Positions 10,034-19,715 of a stretch of DNA of 64,000 bases are shown here, one piece after another. Under the pieces are notes generated by a model. It was given only the letters and a program-made list of their open reading frames with translations. It made no database searches and had not been told where the DNA came from. The position numbers and the translations under genes are program-made. Position 1 is the first letter of the stretch. Each line of letters starts with the position of its first letter. Source of the DNA: Nitrospirota bacterium (GTDB lineage: Bacteria; Nitrospirota; UBA9217); the NCBI GenBank assembly GCA_963740085.1, contig CAVUCU010000001.1:928001-992000 (forward strand), read 5' to 3'.

Positions 10034-12727
10034 TCACTTCGACATCTCCCGGAGGGTCTCTTCAAGCTCCTTCAGGTGCTTGCCGTACCCGGTCCAGTCC
10101 TCTTTCCGAAGCGCTTCCCGTGCCTCGCGCAGCTGTTCCAGCGCCCGGGAGCCCAGTTCTCTGGGTTGTCGCACTGCCGCGGTCGCTCCGGACTCCATCA
10201 TCCGCCTGCTGGGCAGGCTGCCGCTGAACAGACGCTGGATCGAGGCCTCAAGAGTCTCTTCCATCACCACATCGTTCCCGTAGGCAACGATGACCCTGCG
10301 AAGTTCGGGCAGGCCTCCCTTGTCCGTGGCCACGAGGTAGAGCGGCTGGACATAGATGAGCGAATCTTCCAGGGGGATGATCAGGAGGCTGCCGCGGATC
10401 ACATCGGAGCCCCGTTGACCCCAGAGCGTGAGCTGCTGCGAGATAAAGGCATCCTGGTCGATGCGGGCGTCGATCTGGCGGGGTCCGAAGATCAAGCGGT
10501 CCCGCGGGAAGGTATAGACGATGACCTTGCCGTAGTTCTCACCGTCGCATCGAGCCGCCATCCAGGCCGCCAGGTTGTCCCGCTTCGACGGTGTGAACGG
10601 CAGCAGAAGGATGAACTCTTCCGCCTTGCCCCCCGGGAGCTTCGTAATGAGGTAGTAGGGATCCATGGTCGTCTGACGGTACGACGGGACCTCCCAGAGG
10701 TCCTCCTTGTTGTAGAAAACCGCAGGGTCTGTCATGTGGAACGTCTTGAACATCTGCGCCTGGATCTGGAGCAGCGCCCGCGGGTACCGAATGTGGCGCC
10801 TGAGGTCCGGGGGCATCTCGGAGACAGGCCTGAACAGGGTCGGGAAGACCGCGGCGTAGGTTTTCGCAAGGATGTCTTTCTGGTCCACCACATAGAACAC
10901 GACGCTGCCGTCATAGGCGTCCACGACCACCTTGATCGAGTTGCGGATATAGTTGGCCCCTCCGGCAAGGGGTTTCGAATAGGGAAGGTTGCTGCTCCTG
11001 GTGTAGGCATCGATGATCCAGGACAACCGACCGTTGTCGCCGATGACCATGTAGGGATCGGAATCGAAGGAGAGGAACGGCGCGATCTCCATCACCCGTT
11101 TCATGACCGAGCGGTTAAAGAGTATCCGGCTTTCGTTCGTCACATCGCTCGACAAGAAGATATTGAAGTTTCCGAAGTAGGCGGCATAGAGCAAACGCGA
11201 CAGGATCGAGGAGAGCCGGACTCCCCCGCTGCCCGAGTAGACGGTATAGACGTTCTCCTTTGTCGTTGGGTAGCTGAACTCCCTGGTCTTCGTGTTCACG
11301 ATCACGTAGTCGTTCGGGCTTTCACCGTAGTAGATCTCGGGACGCTTTACCTGCGGCCCCGCACTCGTGACGGGCGGGATGTCCTTGATGAAGAACTCCG
11401 GCAGACCTTCCTTCGTGATGCCGCTCACCGGCCCCATTGCCAGTCCGAAGCCGTGCGTGAAGACGAGCCGCTCGTTGATCCAGGACTTGTTCGGCAGATC
11501 TGCATAGGAGAGCTCCCGGGGCGACAGCATGACCTGCAGATAACTGCCATTTACGGTGTAGCGATCATTGTCCACGTCCCGGAAGTGGTAGTAGGTCCGG
11601 ATCTGCTGCAGCTGACTGTAGGTCTTGAGCAGCGGCTCCTCGTCCCAGAGCCGGATGTTCCGGATCGTAGAAAGGTTCTTCCTGATATCGGTGAAGGTAA
11701 GCTGTTTGTCAGCGGCAAAGGGCTGGAGCTCAATATTTTCCAGGTCGTAGCCGAAGCGGGTGAACCTGATATGATCGGCGAGAAACGGCAGCTCGAGAAC
11801 GCTCTCGTTCGGCGAGACCTGGAAGCGCTGGATCGTCGAGGGATAGACCGTCAGCCCCAGGATGTATACGCCGGCAAGCACGACGATCGTGATGAGCGGC
11901 AGGGCAAGGGAGCGGCGCGCGGCAAAGAGAGGGATGATGATCGCCGCAACGACCGAGAGCACGGACATGACCGCAAGCATGGTCAGCCGCACATGCACAT
12001 CAGTGTACGAGGCCCCGTACAGGACCCCGTGCTCGGTCGTGAGCAATCCGAAGCGGTCGAAGACAAAGCCGATGCCGAGCGAGAGCAGAAACAACGATGC
12101 CAGCACCCCGAGGTGACGTTTCATGAAGGGGTCCGCGGAGAAGAACCTGCCCGAGAGCACGATGCCGCCCCGAAGAAGATAGACCGCGGTCGTCAGGACC
12201 ATGGCGATCACGAGCAGGCTGCGCACCATGGTGTTCATCGCGTCAAGAAAGGGATAGCGGAAGAGATAGAACGAGATGTCCCTGCCAAAGAGCGGATCAA
12301 CGAGACCCGCAGGCATGCTGTTCAGGAACAGGAGCGCCTGCTCCCAGTACTGCGTACCGATCGGGAAGGCGAGCACGAACGCGAGAAGCGCTGCCAGATA
12401 CGAGATCCCTTTCATCAGCCGGTTCAGGTCGAGGTGCTGCAATTGCGGTACGCTTTCCCAGAGGGGGTTCACCATTCCGGACGGAAGCGCGCGCTTTCCG
12501 GCGATAAGGAGATTGATGAAGACCGTGAGAAAGGCAGTCAGGCCGAACACGAGACCCATCAGCAGTTTTGCAGTGAAGGTCTTCGTAAAGACCGCTTCAA
12601 AGCCGACTTCGCGGAAGAACTGCCAGTCCACCAGGAATGAAACGATCTCCCGGGCCCCTGCAAGGAGAATGACGGCTGAGACAACGATAACAATGAGGAT
12701 TTTGTTACCCGGTGTTTTTATATTCAT
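10034..12727 (-). CDS. UPF0182 family membrane protein
   Basis: 897 aa; DPLFGRDISFYLF, GASYTD, NIRLWD, QQIRTYY.F.DVDNDRY, THGFG, NYIRNSIK motifs. Confidence 0.93.
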   Translation of the reverse strand: MNIKTPGNKILIVIVVSAVILLAGAREIVSFLVDWQFFREVGFEAVFTKTFTAKLLMGLVFGLTAFLTVFINLLIAGKRALPSGMVNPLWESVPQLQHLDLNRLMKGISYLAALLAFVLAFPIGTQYWEQALLFLNSMPAGLVDPLFGRDISFYLFRYPFLDAMNTMVRSLLVIAMVLTTAVYLLRGGIVLSGRFFSADPFMKRHLGVLASLFLLSLGIGFVFDRFGLLTTEHGVLYGASYTDVHVRLTMLAVMSVLSVVAAIIIPLFAARRSLALPLITIVVLAGVYILGLTVYPSTIQRFQVSPNESVLELPFLADHIRFTRFGYDLENIELQPFAADKQLTFTDIRKNLSTIRNIRLWDEEPLLKTYSQLQQIRTYYHFRDVDNDRYTVNGSYLQVMLSPRELSYADLPNKSWINERLVFTHGFGLAMGPVSGITKEGLPEFFIKDIPPVTSAGPQVKRPEIYYGESPNDYVIVNTKTREFSYPTTKENVYTVYSGSGGVRLSSILSRLLYAAYFGNFNIFLSSDVTNESRILFNRSVMKRVMEIAPFLSFDSDPYMVIGDNGRLSWIIDAYTRSSNLPYSKPLAGGANYIRNSIKVVVDAYDGSVVFYVVDQKDILAKTYAAVFPTLFRPVSEMPPDLRRHIRYPRALLQIQAQMFKTFHMTDPAVFYNKEDLWEVPSYRQTTMDPYYLITKLPGGKAEEFILLLPFTPSKRDNLAAWMAARCDGENYGKVIVYTFPRDRLIFGPRQIDARIDQDAFISQQLTLWGQRGSDVIRGSLLIIPLEDSLIYVQPLYLVATDKGGLPELRRVIVAYGNDVVMEETLEASIQRLFSGSLPSRRMMESGATAAVRQPRELGSRALEQLREAREALRKEDWTGYGKHLKELEETLREMSK

Positions 12728-12894
12728 TCTGTTGCCTCCTCGTACGCATGTAGATGGAAAGAGTTTCGTGCTGTCCTGCCGTAACTGTAGCCGATTTTTC
12801 CCGCTGTGGCAAGGGAAAGCGACCGGGCGGGCTCAAAGAAGATTTGAATGAAAGACGAACGGCAGGCAAAACCCGAGACAACTACTGCTTCATC

Positions 12895-13707
12895 CTAAAA
12901 ATATTCGTCATGTCGAGCTCCGACAACATGGTGGACGATCTCCCACGACGTCTCCTCAATGGATTTATTCGTCGTATCGACGACTGTCCAGTTCCCGTGT
13001 TTCTTGACGAGGCCCCTGACATACTCCACCTCGGCAAAGACCTTCCTGAAATCGTTGTAGCTCGGTTTGAGCCGGGAATTTTTTTGACGCACTGTTCTTA
13101 TCTTTTGGAGGACCTCGGGATCGATGATGAGGCAGACGATCTTGTGCTGGTCGATCTCGAAGAGCTCTTCCGGCAAAGGGATCTCCGGAACGATCGGGAC
13201 ATTAGCGACCTTGTAACCCTCCTGGGCCAGGTAAAAAGAGGTCGGGGTCTTGGATGTCCGCGAGAGGCCGACGAGGACGATATCCGCTTCCTTCAGGCGC
13301 TCGGCGCCCCTGCCGTCGTCGTGCCCAAGGGTATACTCTATCGCATCGATACGCTTGAAATACCGCTCATCCACCTTCCTGAGCAGGGTCGGGGTCTCGA
13401 GCGGGTCGAGCTGGAGATAGGCGGAGAGATTTTTAATGAGCGGGCCCAGAATATCAAGATGGTAAATCACGTTCTTCAGGCAGAATGCGTGGGCATAGTC
13501 CCTCATCTCTTTTCTGACAAAGGTAAAAGCGATGAGGGCCTTGTCCTTCCTGGCCTTGTCGAGGATCGTTTTGAGCTCCGCCTTTGAATCGATATTATGG
13601 AAGACCATCATCTTTGCGCGCGCGTGTTCGAACTGCACGATGGCCGCCCTCAGTATGTGCAGACCGCTTTGACCGGTGGCATCGGAAATAATGTAAATTT
13701 TTTTCAC
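12895..13707 (-). CDS. PEP synthase/PPDK regulatory kinase-pyrophosphorylase (DUF299)
   Basis: ISDATGQS, YFKRIDAIEY..HDDG, GLSRTSKTP, NKSIEET motifs. Confidence 0.92.
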   Translation of the reverse strand: MKKIYIISDATGQSGLHILRAAIVQFEHARAKMMVFHNIDSKAELKTILDKARKDKALIAFTFVRKEMRDYAHAFCLKNVIYHLDILGPLIKNLSAYLQLDPLETPTLLRKVDERYFKRIDAIEYTLGHDDGRGAERLKEADIVLVGLSRTSKTPTSFYLAQEGYKVANVPIVPEIPLPEELFEIDQHKIVCLIIDPEVLQKIRTVRQKNSRLKPSYNDFRKVFAEVEYVRGLVKKHGNWTVVDTTNKSIEETSWEIVHHVVGARHDEYF

Positions 13708-13824
13708 GGTCTTCTCCTCCTTGTTTTTTGCTCACAGAGTGTCAAGATCTACCACAGAACTCACGAAGAGAAGGAACGCCTCCGTGCCCAAACTCAATGT
13801 GTTTGGGTTTTCCCCGGCCATTTC

Positions 13825-14676
13825 TCAGTGCCTCCGTGGTTTGGTTTTTTGCACCTCTTCCTGAGAGAAGCTTCTACTTTCCTGCCAGTCCGTGATCGCC
13901 GCCGCAAATTCCTTCGGCCGTTCCAACTGAGGCATATGGCCTGCACCTTCGATCGTAACAAGCCTTGCCCCGGGTATCCATTTCTGCAACGCCTGAGCCT
14001 GCTTCATTGTAGCCAGGCCGTCCTGAGCGCCCCACACCAGCAGCGTCGGAACAGACGGCTTCGCCAGGGGCTTCGTCATGTTCATGGCAATGTCAAAAGA
14101 GATCCTCGAATAGGCAGGTGCATTCTCCAGTATATTTTCAAAGAACCCGGCAGGCAGTTTGGAACGGTCGGCAAAGGATCGTTTCAGTGTCTGCAGAGAA
14201 AAGGTGAGGTGACGAATGAACCGGTGAAATACCTGGTTCACGACCGGCAGGGCAATGATCTTCCTGATCGGACCCGGAATAAGCGGCATGTACCCTCCGT
14301 TCACGAGTACGAGGAGGGAGACCGCCTTCGGGTAATCGTTTGCAAATTGGATGGCCACTGCCGCGCCTAAGGAATTTCCCACAATGATCACCCGGTCCAG
14401 ATGCAGTGTGTCGGTGAGTTCCTTGAGCTTCTTTGCCATGCCGGAGAGAGACGATTCAAGCAGTTGGGCAGATCGCCCGAATCCCGGGAGGTCAGGTGCA
14501 ACGACCGTGCAGGAGAGGGAAAGCTGCTCCCAGGTGCGGCCCCAGGACATCTCGGCATCCCCCCATGCTGCGTGGATCAGCAAGAGTCCGGGACCTGTCC
14601 CGCCTTTCCAGAAGCGTATTCCGTGCCCGGAGAGGGCGATGTCCTGTGATTGCACTGTTTGGGAACCTTCCTGCAT
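13825..14676 (-). CDS. alpha/beta fold hydrolase
   Basis: DLPGFGRS, GNSLG nucleophile elbow, WGAQD, GAGHMPQLE. Confidence 0.9.
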   Translation of the reverse strand: MQEGSQTVQSQDIALSGHGIRFWKGGTGPGLLLIHAAWGDAEMSWGRTWEQLSLSCTVVAPDLPGFGRSAQLLESSLSGMAKKLKELTDTLHLDRVIIVGNSLGAAVAIQFANDYPKAVSLLVLVNGGYMPLIPGPIRKIIALPVVNQVFHRFIRHLTFSLQTLKRSFADRSKLPAGFFENILENAPAYSRISFDIAMNMTKPLAKPSVPTLLVWGAQDGLATMKQAQALQKWIPGARLVTIEGAGHMPQLERPKEFAAAITDWQESRSFSQEEVQKTKPRRH

Positions 14677-14829
14677 GACATTCTCCGTATCGTCCTCAGA
14701 CAGGTTTGGTCAGTAATAAATAAAATGCCTCTCAGTGTGAAAAAATATATAACCGCGAAGTCGCGAAGAACGCGAAGAAAGGTAAAAGATTCTTCCTCAG
14801 ATACAATGAAGCAAAACCAATATCTTTGA

Positions 14830-14909
14830 ACCACAGAGACGCTGAGGACTTTAAATTTATTATTGTTGAGCCCAGGCCTTGCCATGCTTTTCTCTGCGTC
14901 TCTGCAGTG
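14830..14909. repeat. CACAGAG/CTCTGCG-family intergenic palindrome
   Basis: ACCACAGAGACGCTGAG...TCTCTGCGTCTCTGCAGT. Confidence 0.6.
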
Positions 14910-14995
14910 ACTCTTTTAAACAAAAGCTGTCTCCTTTGCGCTTCTTTCCCGGTGGATCGTTCCCGTCCTGACCAGGCCGGTCAAAATATCCCGAA

Positions 14996-15202
14996 TCACT
15001 TTCGATCTTCCTTACCCCTCTCCGCCGGAACGACCGCGCCCTTTTTGACGGCTTCATCATATTTCCGCTGCGCATGATGAGAGGCCGGCGCCGCGGGATC
15101 GAGCGGAGCGAACGTTCCGCAGCTGCTCAGGATTGATGCAGCCATGATGGCAGGCACTATGCGCCTGGTCAGATGAATGCTCAATAGTATTCTCTCCTCC
15201 AT
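14996..15202 (-). CDS. small putative lipoprotein
   Basis: Hydrophobic stretch ending in LSSC lipobox-like motif; start uncertain. Confidence 0.35.
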   Translation of the reverse strand: MEERILLSIHLTRRIVPAIMAASILSSCGTFAPLDPAAPASHHAQRKYDEAVKKGAVVPAERGKEDRK

Positions 15203-15236
15203 TGCTTTTGACTCCTTGCCCCCGCCCCCGGTTTTT

Positions 15237-15713
15237 TCACTCCACCACCCAGACCGCGCAGTTCTTTGCCTCATGCATGATTTTGCTTGATGTGCTGCCG
15301 AAGAGGAATTCCGCGGACTTCGATTTATGGTGCCGTCCGACGACAACGGTGCAACAGCTGAGCCCGCACTGGGACTGAAGAATGGCCTCGGACAGGGCCT
15401 TCCTTTCGTTCACGCACGACCGGACCCGTACCTTGTCCTCGGGAAACCCGGACTGTATCAGGATCTGCCGATAGTTCTCAAGCATCTTGTTCGCCTCTTC
15501 CATCTTCTGCCTGGTCCAGGCGACCTTCTCCTCCCCGCTATCGAAGAAATCCTCTTCCGGCTCCGGAACGATGGAGAGGAGCGTGACCCGGAACCCGGGA
15601 AATCCACCGAGAAAATCGGCGACATAGAGCACGGCGCGCTTTGAATTATCGGTCAGGTCAACAGCAACCAGAAGATGCTTGTCCTTTACAGGCGTTTCTT
15701 TTTCGGTCTGCAT
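15237..15713 (-). CDS. universal stress protein (USP)
   Basis: HLLVAVD..NS..AV and VVVGRH....FLFGSTSSKIMH.AKNCAVWVV. Confidence 0.9.
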   Translation of the reverse strand: MQTEKETPVKDKHLLVAVDLTDNSKRAVLYVADFLGGFPGFRVTLLSIVPEPEEDFFDSGEEKVAWTRQKMEEANKMLENYRQILIQSGFPEDKVRVRSCVNERKALSEAILQSQCGLSCCTVVVGRHHKSKSAEFLFGSTSSKIMHEAKNCAVWVVE

Positions 15714-15830
15714 GACGATACTCCTTTCAGTTGATACGGACCACGTAGCATGAACTCAAAGAGGATGTGCGAAACAAAATATTATTCGTCGGCTTATTGA
15801 TATTCATCTTCGTGATTGGTCACTTGAGCT

Positions 15831-16823
15831 TTAACAGGCGGCCTTTTCAATAAGTTCCTCCCTCGCCTCTCCCACGTCCTCAAGCAGTTCCCGCGTCTCC
15901 TCATAATAGAGCGGCGCACTCAGGGCAAAGTGCATCAGTACCCGGTTCAGCTTTTCCGGAATGTAGGGATAGATCTTTTTGAGATTGTTCACCCGATTGT
16001 GGAACACGATGTTCACATCGTCCTCGGTCAGGCGGTCAAACGCCTCGGGGGCCTCCCGAAGCAGCTGGTACGTGGTGATGTCACCGCGTCCGGTGATGAA
16101 GAGCAGGACATTGCCGAGACCAAAGAGATCATATCCAAAACGGCTCTCGCCGTGCTGGTAGTTGAAATCGAAGTCGATCCAGCGGTATCTGCCTGTCGTC
16201 GTGTCTTTGATGATATGGTCCCGTCTGATGTCCCCGTGCTTCTCCCCGTTCTCGTGCAGGAACCGGATGGCCTCGATGACCTGGATGAATTCGTCGAGCA
16301 GGGCCGGGTAGTAGTTGAAGAAGAAATCTTCGTGGTCCTTCCCCATCGCAAGGGCATTCTGGCCCAGCGTCTTGCCCTGGATATAGTCCAGGACGCGGAG
16401 CTGGTTCCCTGCTGAATCGAGCACCGTCTCGCCCTGCATGAACTCCGGCCGACCGCGCACCAGTTCGAGGATGCGCGCCTCCTTCTGGGGGCTGCGCACG
16501 CATTCGAATACCAGGTCCCCGATCCTGGCCTGGAACCGCTCCTTGAATACCCATTTCAATATCTTGACATCGCCCGTGAGGAGCTGGCGGGCGCGCTTGA
16601 CCCAGAACTTCTGCTCGTCATCGATGCCGAACCTGCCTTCGCGCTCATTGTTCCGTACAAAATAAGGAATGCCGCGCAGCACCACAACATCGTCATAATC
16701 CACGCGAAAGAAATCCGAGGTGTCCTTGATCCTCACGTGTTTCGGCACGCGCTCGCGTGGGACCCACTGCCGGATCAAGCGCAACAGTTCTTTCTCCGTG
16801 TACCCGTCATTGCCGGTGACCAT
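15831..16823 (-). CDS. protein kinase-like (Hanks/APH fold) protein
   Basis: KILK, E-helix (KEARILE), HGDIRRDHI catalytic loop, IDFD, DLFGLG. Confidence 0.8.
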   Translation of the reverse strand: MVTGNDGYTEKELLRLIRQWVPRERVPKHVRIKDTSDFFRVDYDDVVVLRGIPYFVRNNEREGRFGIDDEQKFWVKRARQLLTGDVKILKWVFKERFQARIGDLVFECVRSPQKEARILELVRGRPEFMQGETVLDSAGNQLRVLDYIQGKTLGQNALAMGKDHEDFFFNYYPALLDEFIQVIEAIRFLHENGEKHGDIRRDHIIKDTTTGRYRWIDFDFNYQHGESRFGYDLFGLGNVLLFITGRGDITTYQLLREAPEAFDRLTEDDVNIVFHNRVNNLKKIYPYIPEKLNRVLMHFALSAPLYYEETRELLEDVGEAREELIEKAAC

Positions 16824-17098
16824 CCGTCTTCTCCTGCGTATGATTATACCAGACACACTCCGTGAGGAAAATGAAATTCGGAACGCAGCGTTTTAAATCT
16901 GTCAGGAAGCAGGCGAACTGTGTCAGGAGCTTGGAATTCAATAGGCAATACTCATTAGTCATTTCTCAATTATTTCCCCCTCTGTATCGTCCCTCATCCC
17001 TCGCCCCTCGTCCCTCATTGCCCCCTTTCCTGACCCTTATGCCCGTCTCTTGGCGCTTAATTTCCCTAACCAGCAAGCCCTGCTCGTGTTGTTTTCTC

Positions 17099-17127
17099 TT
17101 GACTTTTCGGGCAAATAAGGCTAATTT
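17099..17127 (+). promoter_or_regulatory. sigma70-like promoter for scpA cluster
   Basis: TTGACT-N17-TAATTT. Confidence 0.45.
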
Positions 17128-17191
17128 TCTCAAGGGATATCACGCACGGCGCAGTTTGGGAAAGCGCGTGCACGGAGAGGCGCTACTACTC

Positions 17192-17950
17192 ATGTCGTAT
17201 CAGATAAAGCTGGAGATATTCGAAGGCCCCATGGACCTTCTCCTGCACCTGATCAAGAAGCACGAACTCGATATCTACTCAATCCCCATCGCACTCATTA
17301 CCCAGCAGTACCTCGAATACATCGACCTCATGAAGAGCCTCGACATGGAGATCGCGGGCGAGTTCCTGGTTATGGCGTCAACGCTCACGCACATCAAATC
17401 AAAGATGATGCTGCCTCCATCCGAAAACACCGAGGGCGAAGACGACGGCACGGATCCCCAGGCCGAACTCATCCGGCGACTCCTCGAATACAAGAGCTAC
17501 AAGGAAGCAGCGGTAACGCTCGAGGACAAGGAAGGGACCTGGTCGCAGGTGTATACGCGGCCATCCGAGACCATGCCGGACGCGTCGAATGACGATGAAC
17601 CACTGCTCTTCGACTTTCACCTCTTCGACCTTCTCGCCGCGCTCAAAGACGTCATGGCGCGGGTTCCCGATTCCAGTTTCGAGATCACGTCCGAGACCGT
17701 CTCAATCACCGAAAAGATATCCCAGATCCTTTCGCGCCTTGAGGCTGTGGACAGCATGCTCTTCCTCGACCTCTTCGACGGAAGCGCGTCCAAGGCTCAG
17801 GTGATCGGCACGTTCCTGGCGCTCCTCGAACTGGTCAAGACCCGCGTGGTAAAGGCGTTCCAGGTCGAGCAGTTCGGCGCGATCCGGATCATGAAGGCCG
17901 TGACCGAGACCCGGGACAGGGATACTGCCACGGGCAACCTGTTCGGGTAA
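17192..17950 (+). CDS. scpA: segregation and condensation protein A (kleisin)
   Basis: YQIKLEIFEGPMDLLLHLI, EFLVMASTL.HIKS, FLALLELVK..Q..FG.I. Confidence 0.95.
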   Translation: MSYQIKLEIFEGPMDLLLHLIKKHELDIYSIPIALITQQYLEYIDLMKSLDMEIAGEFLVMASTLTHIKSKMMLPPSENTEGEDDGTDPQAELIRRLLEYKSYKEAAVTLEDKEGTWSQVYTRPSETMPDASNDDEPLLFDFHLFDLLAALKDVMARVPDSSFEITSETVSITEKISQILSRLEAVDSMLFLDLFDGSASKAQVIGTFLALLELVKTRVVKAFQVEQFGAIRIMKAVTETRDRDTATGNLFG

Positions 17951-17968
17951 ATACAAAAAACTTTATCG

Positions 17969-18050
17969 CCACAGAGACACAGAGAGAACAGAACACCGAA
18001 AAAAAATACTTTTATTAGGTCATTCCCTCCGTGTCTCCGTGCCTCAGTGG
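17969..18050. repeat. CACAGAG/CTCCGTG-family palindrome, left of HEAT gene
   Basis: CCACAGAGACACAGAG...CTCCGTGTCTCCGTGCCTCAGTGG. Confidence 0.75.
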
Positions 18051-18066
18051 TAAAAGATTTATTTTT

Positions 18067-18915
18067 ATGAAACCCGACATCAAGGCTCTTGCCGGGGCAA
18101 AAAAATTCGGCGAAATCGAGACGGCGATCTACACGGACCGATCTCTCATCGGCGATCTGGTTGCGCTCCTTGCTGAGAAGAACGGCGATGTCCGTTCCGG
18201 CGTGCTGAACCTGTTGTCGCGCATCGGGTTCGACTACCCGAACGACACCCGGCTGCACCTGCCGACCCTGATCGCACTGCTCGACGACCCGGATATGTTC
18301 ATCAAGATCGACGCGGCGAACGCTGTCGGGAACCTGGGTTTCAGCTTCAAGGACGCGGCTGCCGAAGCCGCCCCCAAATTGAAATTGCTTCTGAACCATG
18401 GGCAGAGCCTCGTGCGTCAGGAAGCGGCCTACGCTCTCGGAAACATCGGATTCGCCCATACGGACCTCGTAAAAGACGCTGTCCCGCGTTTGATCCAGAT
18501 GCTCGAAGGAGGCGATGACGACGAGCGCGAGTCAGCCGCGCACGCCCTGGGCAAGGTTGGCATCAACGCGCCCGAGCTGATCAGGGGGATACTTCCCAAG
18601 CTCGTGGAGGTGCTTGAGTTCTCGAAAGAAGCTACCTGCGGCGGCGTGCTCTTCGCCTTGGGCGCTATCGGACTGCATTATCCAGCGGAAGTGGCAGGCT
18701 TGGTTCCGCGGCTGATGCAATACCTGGACAGCGGCAACCCGAACGCGGTAAAGAACGCCGTGGCCGCGCTCGGGAACATCGGCAGCTCGAACGCGGAGCT
18801 CGTGAAGGATGCTATCCCGAAGATCCGCCAGATCTTGGAGAACGCGACGGACGTCGATGTAAAGATGAACGCCAAGGTGGCGCTCGGGAGACTGGGCGAC
18901 CCTTCGGCGATGTAA
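18067..18915 (+). CDS. HEAT-repeat protein
   Basis: About 6-7 repeats of ~39-41 aa (e.g. VRQEAAYALGNIG, ERESAAHALGKVG, VKNAVAALGNIG, with P.L..LL preceding). Confidence 0.88.
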   Translation: MKPDIKALAGAKKFGEIETAIYTDRSLIGDLVALLAEKNGDVRSGVLNLLSRIGFDYPNDTRLHLPTLIALLDDPDMFIKIDAANAVGNLGFSFKDAAAEAAPKLKLLLNHGQSLVRQEAAYALGNIGFAHTDLVKDAVPRLIQMLEGGDDDERESAAHALGKVGINAPELIRGILPKLVEVLEFSKEATCGGVLFALGAIGLHYPAEVAGLVPRLMQYLDSGNPNAVKNAVAALGNIGSSNAELVKDAIPKIRQILENATDVDVKMNAKVALGRLGDPSAM

Positions 18916-18927
18916 AAACAATTTCTA

Positions 18928-19002
18928 ACCACGGAGACACCGAGACACGGAGAAAAAATAAGGTTCCAGAGTATTCCTCCGTGACTTCCGTGCCTCAGAG
19001 GT
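18928..19002. repeat. CACGGAG/CTCCGTG-family palindrome, right of HEAT gene
   Basis: ACCACGGAGACACCGAGACACGGAG...CTCCGTGACTTCCGTGCCTCAGAGGT; right arm nearly identical to that at 18027-18053. Confidence 0.75.
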
Positions 19003-19031
19003 AATTTCTGGTTAGATTCGAAAGGTTCATC

Positions 19032-19715
19032 GTGGAAGATCACCAACTGAAATCGGCTATCGAGGCGCTTGTTTTCGTCTCGGGTAATCCCCTGTCCCTG
19101 GACAGGCTCAAAGACATATTTGAAGAAGCACCGGCAGAACAGATCGAGGCGCAGCTCCGGCTGCTCCAGCAGGAATACATCGACCGGGGCTCGGGTCTTA
19201 TGCTTGCCGAGGTGGCCGGCGGATACCAGCTCGCTACACGGCCGGAGCTCTTCGGATGGGTCCGAAAATTCAAGACCGTAAAAACAACAACCAGGCTCTC
19301 GAAGCCCGCGCTCGAGACCCTCGCGATCGTGGCGTATAAACAGCCCATCACGCGTTCGGAAGTGGAAGCGATCCGGGGCGTAAATATCGGCGGCATCATG
19401 CGGAACCTCATGGAACGCCGCCTCGTGAAGATCGTGGGCAAGAAGGACGTGCCGGGCAAACCCATGATGTACGGTACAACGCTGGAATTCCTCCAGTACT
19501 TCGGGTTAAAAGACCTCTCCGCCCTTCCGACGCTCAAGGAGTTCCAGGAGCTCGAGGCAGGAGAAGAGGTCATGGAAGAGATCGCCCTGGTTGAGGGAGC
19601 TGATGCGGATGCTTCCCCGTTCGGGGAGACGTCCGCAGAAGAGGCTTTGTCCCCGGAAACGGCTGAAACGGGAACAATGACAACTGCATCGACCGAGGAG
19701 AACGGGACAGGATGA
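19032..19715 (+). CDS. scpB: segregation and condensation protein B (kite)
   Basis: IEALVF, VAGGYQLATRPE, LSKPALETLAIVAYKQPITRSE..RGV, YGTTLEFL.YFGL. Confidence 0.96.
   Translation: MEDHQLKSAIEALVFVSGNPLSLDRLKDIFEEAPAEQIEAQLRLLQQEYIDRGSGLMLAEVAGGYQLATRPELFGWVRKFKTVKTTTRLSKPALETLAIVAYKQPITRSEVEAIRGVNIGGIMRNLMERRLVKIVGKKDVPGKPMMYGTTLEFLQYFGLKDLSALPTLKEFQELEAGEEVMEEIALVEGADADASPFGETSAEEALSPETAETGTMTTASTEENGTG

Noticed and set aside
10076-12640. Very long antisense ORFs (e.g. 854 aa here; also 27582-29630, 38001-39893, 49142-50926, 19040-20683)
   Set aside because: Shadows of real GC-rich genes on the opposite strand; no recognisable motifs.
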